This document shows positions 38,998 to 45,508 of a stretch of 45,508 bases of DNA, in pieces. Source of the stretch: Candidatus Heimdallarchaeota archaeon (GTDB taxonomy: Archaea > Asgardarchaeota > Heimdallarchaeia > JABLTI01); NCBI GenBank assembly GCA_019056785.1, contig DXJV01000021.1:1-45508 (forward strand), written 5' to 3'. Positions within the stretch are counted from its first letter, which is position 1. Every line of letters begins with the position of its first letter. The position numbers and the translations under genes were made by a program. A model generated the notes under the pieces. That model did not search any database and was not told the origin of the DNA. It saw nothing but the letters and a program-made list of their open reading frames with translations.

Positions 38998-39492
38998 GTG
39001 GATTTAAGATTGACAAAAGTGGATACATATTTTGCCCCCGCGAAAAAATTGGATCAAGGCGATATTTATTTACAAACAATAAAAGTTCTAGGTAAACGAA
39101 AATTAATCAAGGTCTTAAATCTTTTGCCAAACATTGTTGCCATAATTAATATGGAACGACAAATACTCTTTGCTAATGACTCTTTTATAAAAACAATTAA
39201 CATGGAAAACTTTGAAGATGGACTGGGAATGCGCCTCGGTGATCTCTTTGCTTGCGTAAACTCTCATGATACCGAATTTGGTTGCGGAACGGGAAAAGAT
39301 TGCAAATATTGTAGCCTTATTCTTACCTTTCTGAAAAGTCAAGAGACAGGGGTAAGACAAGAAAATGTTGGAACAATTACAGTAGAAAGAGATGGAAAAA
39401 ATGTCGCATTAACATTTCATGTAATTGCAAGCCCATTAACAATTGACAATGAAATTTTCTACATTATTATTCTAACACCAAAAAATAAGTGA
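38998..39492 (+). CDS. Stand-alone PAS-domain protein with a four-cysteine cluster
   Basis: VLNLLPNIVAIINMERQILFAN (PAS start), GMRLGDLFAC-x8-CGT-x3-C-x2-C; ends right after the last PAS strand. Confidence 0.75.
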   Translation: MDLRLTKVDTYFAPAKKLDQGDIYLQTIKVLGKRKLIKVLNLLPNIVAIINMERQILFANDSFIKTINMENFEDGLGMRLGDLFACVNSHDTEFGCGTGKDCKYCSLILTFLKSQETGVRQENVGTITVERDGKNVALTFHVIASPLTIDNEIFYIIILTPKNK

Positions 39493-39562
39493 CCTATTAC
39501 AAAGCCAATTGAAAAGCAAGCCACAAACAGTTTTTAAAGCCTAAAAAACAGTAGCTAAATAT

Positions 39563-40083
39563 ATGCCAGAGAATAATGATCTCTTGCTTCTTTTCTTTCA
39601 AGAAGTTCTCCCTTTCGCTTCAAAGTTGAAAAAAGAATTGGCTGAGTATCTAAAGCTAAAAATAAGGATAAAAGTGATGTTAAAACTTCCTCCTGCAAAG
39701 AGACGAGGACAACAAAAACTCGCAAGTGACTTTTTACCAATACTTTTAACTCTAAGTCAGTCGGCGGGCTGTCAGCTCGGCCTTGGCATTATCGCTGATG
39801 ACCTAAATGTGCCGGCATTGAACTTCGTCTTTGGCCTGGCGTCTCCAAGAATAAAAACGGCAATAGTTTCTTATTATCGCTTATTAAGCACAAATGAAGA
39901 GGTAACTTTCAAACGGCTCTTAACAGAATGCGTCCACGAACTGGGCCATCTTTTTAATTTGCCATATTGTCAAAATTCTCATTGCGTGATGTTTTTTCTA
40001 ATACATTAAATGATACTGATCGAAAGGGCTACCTCTTTTGCCAAAACTGTTTCCAAAAATTCACTCGTTATCGATTTTTATAA
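39563..40083 (+). pseudogene. amzA: Archaemetzincin (peptidase M54) gene, frameshifted and with a degraded zinc motif
   Basis: LNFVFGLA, HELGHLFNLPYC..CVMFF; one T is missing in T6 at 39992-39997. The corrected frame gives SNTLNDTDRK..FCQNC..* at 40083. Third His ligand is Tyr. Confidence 0.85.
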
Positions 40084-40271
40084 TCTTTTTTATAGAATCA
40101 TCCGCCCTTCTTTTCATATTGTCCATTTTTGCTCTTTTTTAAGACAATTTCTTTACTTTAAAAGCAACAAAAGGAATGAAATTATTTTTTATATTGGTTT
40201 TAATCAAAAAATATATAATTATTAATTGCTTATTTTTTACCACCAAATAAAAAAAAGAGTTGAAGGAAAAA

Positions 40272-41321
40272 ATGCAAAAAAAGAAAATACTAATAACGTT
40301 CTTTATCACAGCATTTTTTGCAGTGAACCTTTTTCTGGCTGTAAATAATGCTCTCTCATTTGCCCCGCCAAGTGTTGGTCATAGCTTTACCTGTTATGGC
40401 TATGTTAAAGATGGAAGGGGAGTTGTTCTCTCAGGTGCAACAATAAAAATAATTAGTCCTGATGGGATCGTATATGGAACAACAACAACCGGCAGTAATG
40501 GCTATTACTCGTTAAAAATTTATACAAATGATTATGAAAACTATAAGGTTCAAGCATCAAAAAGTGGCTATTATACAAAAGCAACGTATCTCTACTCAAG
40601 TGGGAGTTATCGTGTCGATTTCACCTTACTTTCAACAACACCACATAATTTCATTGTAGAAGGATATGTTAAAACAAAAGACGGAAAAATAGTAGCAGGA
40701 GCAACAGTCTTAATAGATGACAATTATATCGAAGCTACCACAACAACTAATTTGCAGGGTTATTATCGCTTTGAAATATCAACTATTTATTACTATCATT
40801 GCTCCATAATGGTCTCAAAGAGTGGATATCACAACGAAATAAAAACTGTTTATACTGACGGAATTCATAGACTTGATTTTACAATAAACTATGTCTATTC
40901 GGAAGAAACCATTTCTGAGACAATAACCCTAGGTTCGTATGCTCCCTGGCCATGGGTTTATAGGACTTATTATTTGACCATTACAACAACAGTTTACCGT
41001 GATAATTTTGGTGGGGGATATATCGGAAGTCAAACTATTACGATGACTTATGAAAATTCCTATTTCGCACCAGCCGAAGAAACAATTTTCACAGTGGCCT
41101 ATAACGATGGGGTAGAAAGCTATTGGAAAGCATACTCTCCAGTTGTATATGATAACTCTTACATTCGTTTATCCTCAAAAGATAGTTCGGTTTCAGATTC
41201 TTTCAGTTATTTCGATGGTGAATTTGGTCAGCAGAATACATTACTGAAAATGCATGTTTACTATACAGTTAATGGTAGATACGTCGATCTTGGCTATATA
41301 ACATATGAGTTTCTTTTTTAG
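40272..41321 (+). CDS. Secreted protein with two carboxypeptidase-regulatory-like (prealbumin-fold) domains and an unknown aromatic-rich C-terminal domain
   Basis: Signal peptide; two repeats GYVK(D/T)..G...GAT(I/V)..TTT..GYY...SKSGY...(V/L)DFT; no anchor; oligo-T terminator at 41342-41357. ATG 40272 preferred to TTG 40260. Confidence 0.78.
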   Translation: MQKKKILITFFITAFFAVNLFLAVNNALSFAPPSVGHSFTCYGYVKDGRGVVLSGATIKIISPDGIVYGTTTTGSNGYYSLKIYTNDYENYKVQASKSGYYTKATYLYSSGSYRVDFTLLSTTPHNFIVEGYVKTKDGKIVAGATVLIDDNYIEATTTTNLQGYYRFEISTIYYYHCSIMVSKSGYHNEIKTVYTDGIHRLDFTINYVYSEETISETITLGSYAPWPWVYRTYYLTITTTVYRDNFGGGYIGSQTITMTYENSYFAPAEETIFTVAYNDGVESYWKAYSPVVYDNSYIRLSSKDSSVSDSFSYFDGEFGQQNTLLKMHVYYTVNGRYVDLGYITYEFLF

Positions 41322-41540
41322 GTTAAATGACTAAAAGCACCTTTTTTCTTTTTTTTTCTATATTTCATTATCCAAGAGCACAGTGGAAGAGCTTACCAAT
41401 ATTTTAATAGTGTTGTTGAAGAACTGTCCGGGTCTACCAACGTAAACGCTCAACACACCAAAAAGAAAACGTTACTGGCGGCTCGGAATCTGTTAAGACA
41501 TTTAAGATAAAGGCTTAAGTTACGAGACGGAAAGAGTATA

Positions 41541-41559
41541 TAGACCGTTCAACGGTCTA
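41541..41559. promoter_or_regulatory. Perfect palindromic operator-like site
   Basis: TAGACCGTT-C-AACGGTCTA (9-1-9), 12 nt before the next ORF and about 20 nt after AAAGGCTTAAGT (BRE/TATA-like). Confidence 0.7.
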
Positions 41560-41571
41560 ACTAAAAAAAGG

Positions 41572-42018
41572 GTGTATGTGTTGACAGAACAGCTATTTTT
41601 TGATACCATTCCTTGCCTTCTCCCTGGAGCTATTTGTGACCTAACCTACATCATCGAGAAGGCAATGATTGAGGAAAGAAAAGAGCTGGGAACAATTTCA
41701 ATTGATCCTCAAGTCGAAGATTGGGAAAAGAATCAATTCTTTGAGATTACCTTACGAAGATACGGAACAAAGTACGGCAAACTCTTACTAGAAACCGTAT
41801 GGAAAGCCGATGAAAAGGAAACAATTACTCAACTAACTGGCGAGTATTGGGGTTTTGGTTGGGAATATGAACAACGATACAAGGAAGCCGCAAAGGTTAT
41901 GGTTAAGTATCTGGAGCAATTAAAAGCGTTCGCTGAGGGCTATTGTCATGACTATACCATCAAAGTAATTATTGAAAAATTCTCGGTAGAAATTTTGCAT
42001 GTGCAAATAAGATGGTAA
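41572..42018 (+). CDS. Hypothetical protein, possibly SRPBCC/START-like
   Basis: Beta-rich core followed by the helix YKEAAKVMVKYLEQLKAFAEG, typical of SRPBCC C-termini. The true start may be TTG 41581. Confidence 0.45.
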   Translation: MYVLTEQLFFDTIPCLLPGAICDLTYIIEKAMIEERKELGTISIDPQVEDWEKNQFFEITLRRYGTKYGKLLLETVWKADEKETITQLTGEYWGFGWEYEQRYKEAAKVMVKYLEQLKAFAEGYCHDYTIKVIIEKFSVEILHVQIRW

Positions 42019-42305
42019 AAACAGTCTTATTTCTTTGTAGAAGTAGTTTTTTCTTTTTTTGCCGGCAATAATGTTTGCACCTGTAATTTCTACTTCCATC
42101 TTCTACACCAATTCTTTTGTTTAAGAATATCACTGTAAAAAATTTCCATGGTGTAAACAAAACAATTTTCAATTAGTTTCTCACTTTAGGGCTTATTTTG
42201 TCGCTTGGACTTTTAACTCCTAATGTTTTTATATTTAAATTCAAAATTACTAATTAGTCATTATTAGAAGTATGATTAATAATTAACAGGGTGGAGCGGT
42301 AATAG

Positions 42306-43346
42306 TTGCTTGATAAAACAAAAGAGGAAAATTTTCAAGCAGAGAAGAGTGAAAAATTAAAAGAATCCTCTCTATCAGTTGCAGAATTTTCTATCCTGGA
42401 GAATATCCAGCAACTGCAAATCGATGAACATTACGAAGATCCAGCTATCGCAGAAGAGATGCGAAAGATTAAACAGAAACGAAGAAAAATCATTTGGGTT
42501 AGCATCATTGCTGTAGTTGTTGTGGCAGCTATTCTGGCTTTCATACTACTCGTAATTTATCTTTTATTCGGTTCTGAAGCCATTCATGATATTTTTTCTT
42601 TAACAAAATATGCACTTCTTCTCATTGGTTTAGGAATTCCGCTTTTCATCATTCCGATAATTATCCTTCTTTTTTTCACTTTAGCTGCTGAGAGCGGACC
42701 CAAAACTGCCATTAAAAATGAAGTCAAAAAAGGAAATTTTGGGTTACTTCTTCAAAACTGTTCCACGCTTCCGGTTTCAGCACAAGAAGCCATCCGCAAC
42801 CCAAGAAAATATTCCCGAGCTAAATACAGCCTATTAGCCTTAGCAAATTTTACAACTATTAATGCCGGTCGAGTTATTTACAGGCACTTACAAAGGCTGG
42901 CTCCAGAAACAATTTATTATTTTTTTGAAAAGAAACGGTTCAAAAATGCAGGTATTCTTTATGAATGTAATCTTTATGCTCTCCTAGAGATTCTTTTAAA
43001 GCGAATAGCAAAAATAAATGGTTATACTCTTGAGGAATTAATTGAAAGATATAATGCCGAGGTACAACAACTGAAGATATTCAAACCTGCCACACCGGCG
43101 CTAAAGAAAGCACTAAAAATCATTTATCTGAAAAAAGCTCCGCGTGAAAAAAGCATGATTTCAAGTTTGTTGCTCGATTTTGAGCATGACACAATTATTG
43201 CTTGCCCCTTTTGCAGACATATGGCAGAAAGAGAGCTTCTTGAACAGTGGTTGGAAAAAGAAGGGACTTGCCCTGTTTGTTTGCAAGATCTAACAATAGA
43301 AGAATGTTTGGAAGTCCGTTTACAACGAAAAACTAAACAAATATAA
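42306..43346 (+). CDS. Two-TM membrane protein with a C-terminal degenerate RING-like zinc finger
   Basis: Two TM at about aa 62-127; C-terminal SMIS..IIACPFC..AERELLEQWL...CPVCLQDL; GGAG upstream of TTG. Confidence 0.72.
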   Translation: MLDKTKEENFQAEKSEKLKESSLSVAEFSILENIQQLQIDEHYEDPAIAEEMRKIKQKRRKIIWVSIIAVVVVAAILAFILLVIYLLFGSEAIHDIFSLTKYALLLIGLGIPLFIIPIIILLFFTLAAESGPKTAIKNEVKKGNFGLLLQNCSTLPVSAQEAIRNPRKYSRAKYSLLALANFTTINAGRVIYRHLQRLAPETIYYFFEKKRFKNAGILYECNLYALLEILLKRIAKINGYTLEELIERYNAEVQQLKIFKPATPALKKALKIIYLKKAPREKSMISSLLLDFEHDTIIACPFCRHMAERELLEQWLEKEGTCPVCLQDLTIEECLEVRLQRKTKQI

Positions 43347-43479
43347 AAGTAAAGTTCACTACAAAGCCAAATATTTGTTCATAAACTATATGATAATTAA
43401 TTGGTTCGGTTGCAAAAATTTTCAATTATAACTACATTTTTGAGGAAAATTTTTAGGTTTATTTGCGGTAGCTTTTAAA

Positions 43480-45508
43480 ATGACATCTAAAACTTTCTCT
43501 TTTAATCAATTTTATTCGGAAACACTTCTTCTTGGTATCCTTTTCGTATTTTTCTTCGAGTTACTTTCTGACATGATTAGTAGCATTTTTGCTCTCAACC
43601 TTTTAACAGCTTCATTGAATGGCTATGTTCTGATTATTCTATTCCTTTTACTGCCGGTTATTTTAGTCTTTTTTAGAAAAGCACAATCAGAATGGTTCCT
43701 CTTTATTACTGGGTTGTTGATAATTCTCTGTCGGGTTTTAGAACCGCTTTTCGCCATTCCACCGGTAAAGGCAATCTTTTCTGGAATTGGTGTTGCAAGT
43801 TTCCTCGTCTTTTTGATTATATTTATTTGGAGGAAAGCACATTATTCAATAATCGACCAGTCAGCTCTTAACCTTGGGGCAGGGTTCACTTTCTCAATAG
43901 GTATGCTGGTTCTTTTACGAACAATAGGCAGTTCGATAGACATCTCACTATTTAACTGGGGGCAAATTATCGGTTGGTTCTTAGGAATAGTGGCCCTTTT
44001 TCTTTTATCCCTTCGTCTCTTTAAGAAAGAAGAAACATTCGTAACAGAGGGGCTCGAAACTTCCTTTAAAACAACAGAAGAAAATGGTCAATTAGACTCG
44101 AGTAAAAACACTTCTCCGAAAAGGGCATTTTGGAAAGTTTTAGGGCTTGCATTGAATATTATAGGTATAATAAGCTTAGCATTTTACATTTTTTCTAGCC
44201 CTGGCATTCTTTCAAGATGGGTGGGAAGTAATTATTTAGCCATTATATTGTTAATTGCAGGAGGGACAGGAGCTTTCTTTATTATTCTTATAGTAAAACC
44301 ATCTCTTCTCTCGAGAATTAAGAACTGGTTACTCTGGCTTCTAAATGTCAGTTTTGCATTGTCACTTACAGTGACTCTTCTGGCCAATCAACCACGATGG
44401 TTGGTTCTAAGACAAGTTTTCCTATACCTAATGCTATTACTTTCTCCGGTTATCTTTCTAGACTTTCTTTTATTATGTAAAGAATTGCTTACTATGAAGC
44501 CTACTCTTAGAAAACTAGGCGGAAGCTTCACTATTAGCATCTTTGTGTTGATCCTTACGATTTTTGGAATTATCTTTACCATTGCCTACGATTATATCCC
44601 CATTGTTGGTCCCTTCTTCAGGAATAAACATTGGTTTGTAATGATGGTTGTTGTGATAATGGGTTGTATTCCCACTGCCTTTGTGAAAAAGAAACGCTTC
44701 AAAATCCAAGGGAAACTTTTCAAGTCAAAACCTGAGAAGAAATTTCTTGTTTCAATAATCAGTTTGTTATTTATTGGTACCTTGGTCAGTGGAATTGCTA
44801 CTTTGCCTTTCCCTCAAACACAACCCGCGGGAAAAACAACAATAAAAGTAGTGACTTTTAATGTTCAACAAGGATTTGATATAGAAGGTAACCTTAATTT
44901 TAGTGGCATACTGGCTGATTTGCGAAAAATAGATGCTGACATTATAGGCTTGCAAGAATCTGATACTTGTCGTGTCTCAAGTGGAAACAATGATCTCGTT
45001 CGTTTTCTCGCGAGCAAACTCCATTTGTACTCCTTTTTTGGTCCATTAACTGTGACGGGAACCTTTGGGATTGCCTTGCTTTCAAAATATCCCATACTTT
45101 CAGCAAGGACGTATTTTATGTATAGCGATGGCGAACAGACAGCAACCATTGAAGCACAAATAACAATCCAAGGACGAACCTTCAATGTCTTTGTAACACA
45201 TTTCGGTGAAAAAGAATTCGACAAACAACGACAAGCGGAGACAATTGTCATGCTGACAACGGGAAAGAGTGATGTAATTGTTTTAGGCGATTTTAATTTC
45301 GAGCCCTGGTCCAGTCAATACAATACTACTACCGCTCAATTAAAAGATGCTTGGTTAGCTGTTTGGCCAACAGGAGTCGATGATACAGGTTATAATGGCT
45401 CTACATTTAACTGGAGAAATCCCTATACCCACATTGATTTCATCTTTGTTTCGCCTTCCATGGTTTTAACTGACTGCCGAGTAATACGCGATGCTCACTC
45501 GTCGGACC
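43480..45508 (+). CDS. CWH43/PGAP2IP-like polytopic membrane protein with a C-terminal EEP (endonuclease/exonuclease/phosphatase) domain; runs off the window
   Basis: Open from ATG 43480 to the window end, so absent from the ORF track. MTSKTFSF.. multi-TM region with FSSPGILSRW and FTIAYDYIPIVGPFFRNK, then TFNVQQGFD, DIIGLQESD, GNNDL, FGP..GTFGIALLSKYPI, VTHFG, LGDFN, IDFIF, SSD(H). Confidence 0.88.
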   Translation, partial: MTSKTFSFNQFYSETLLLGILFVFFFELLSDMISSIFALNLLTASLNGYVLIILFLLLPVILVFFRKAQSEWFLFITGLLIILCRVLEPLFAIPPVKAIFSGIGVASFLVFLIIFIWRKAHYSIIDQSALNLGAGFTFSIGMLVLLRTIGSSIDISLFNWGQIIGWFLGIVALFLLSLRLFKKEETFVTEGLETSFKTTEENGQLDSSKNTSPKRAFWKVLGLALNIIGIISLAFYIFSSPGILSRWVGSNYLAIILLIAGGTGAFFIILIVKPSLLSRIKNWLLWLLNVSFALSLTVTLLANQPRWLVLRQVFLYLMLLLSPVIFLDFLLLCKELLTMKPTLRKLGGSFTISIFVLILTIFGIIFTIAYDYIPIVGPFFRNKHWFVMMVVVIMGCIPTAFVKKKRFKIQGKLFKSKPEKKFLVSIISLLFIGTLVSGIATLPFPQTQPAGKTTIKVVTFNVQQGFDIEGNLNFSGILADLRKIDADIIGLQESDTCRVSSGNNDLVRFLASKLHLYSFFGPLTVTGTFGIALLSKYPILSARTYFMYSDGEQTATIEAQITIQGRTFNVFVTHFGEKEFDKQRQAETIVMLTTGKSDVIVLGDFNFEPWSSQYNTTTAQLKDAWLAVWPTGVDDTGYNGSTFNWRNPYTHIDFIFVSPSMVLTDCRVIRDAHSSD

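Noticed and set aside
39988-40000. Programmed -1 frameshift in archaemetzincin at ATG TTT TTT CTA
   Set aside because: Not a canonical X XXY YYZ heptamer in frame, no clear downstream structure, and the zinc motif is also degraded.
41410-41460. Purine-riboswitch-like words (TCTACC..CGTAAA) inside a TGTTGA/TCAACA stem
   Set aside because: P2/P3 stems and loop spacing are missing; the similarity is too short to support an RNA call.
1-45508. CRISPR array, diversity-generating retroelement, integrase or transposase
   Set aside because: No spaced direct repeats, no reverse transcriptase, no TR/VR-like near-identical pair and no recombinase motifs seen by eye.

Overview
This is an AT-rich archaeal chromosomal window, most likely from an Asgard archaeon of Heimdallarchaeia type. 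That assignment is an inference from GGTGA/GGAGG ribosome-binding sites, TATA-like promoters, an archaemetzincin, an M.MthZI/Zim-like methyltransferase, C-terminally anchored surface proteins, a 7TM-longin-like fusion, a V4R/Bet3-like protein and a membrane RING-like protein. I found no rRNA, tRNA, CRISPR array or intact mobile element. The left part (0.4-11.5 kb) encodes large anchored surface proteins: a circularly permuted family-5 solute-binding protein, a CBM-repeat protein and an S8 protease with CARDB/GIFT-like/NIDO-like modules. Next come an AT-rich patch with an orphan m4C methyltransferase, a padR plus heterodimeric ABC exporter operon and an APC permease. The right half is rich in membrane and soluble acyl-transfer genes: a stand-alone E2-type acyltransferase, a PlsY homologue with substituted catalytic residues, three HGSNAT/DUF418-type transmembrane acyltransferases (one decayed) and a CWH43/PGAP2IP-like protein that the ORF track missed. 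This set is my best candidate for an undescribed lipid or surface-acylation system, but the functional link between the genes is inference. The window also holds a secreted protein with a beta-pore-forming-toxin-like hairpin, perfect operator-like palindromes and at least six pseudogenes. All family calls come from motif recognition by eye; no searches were run.
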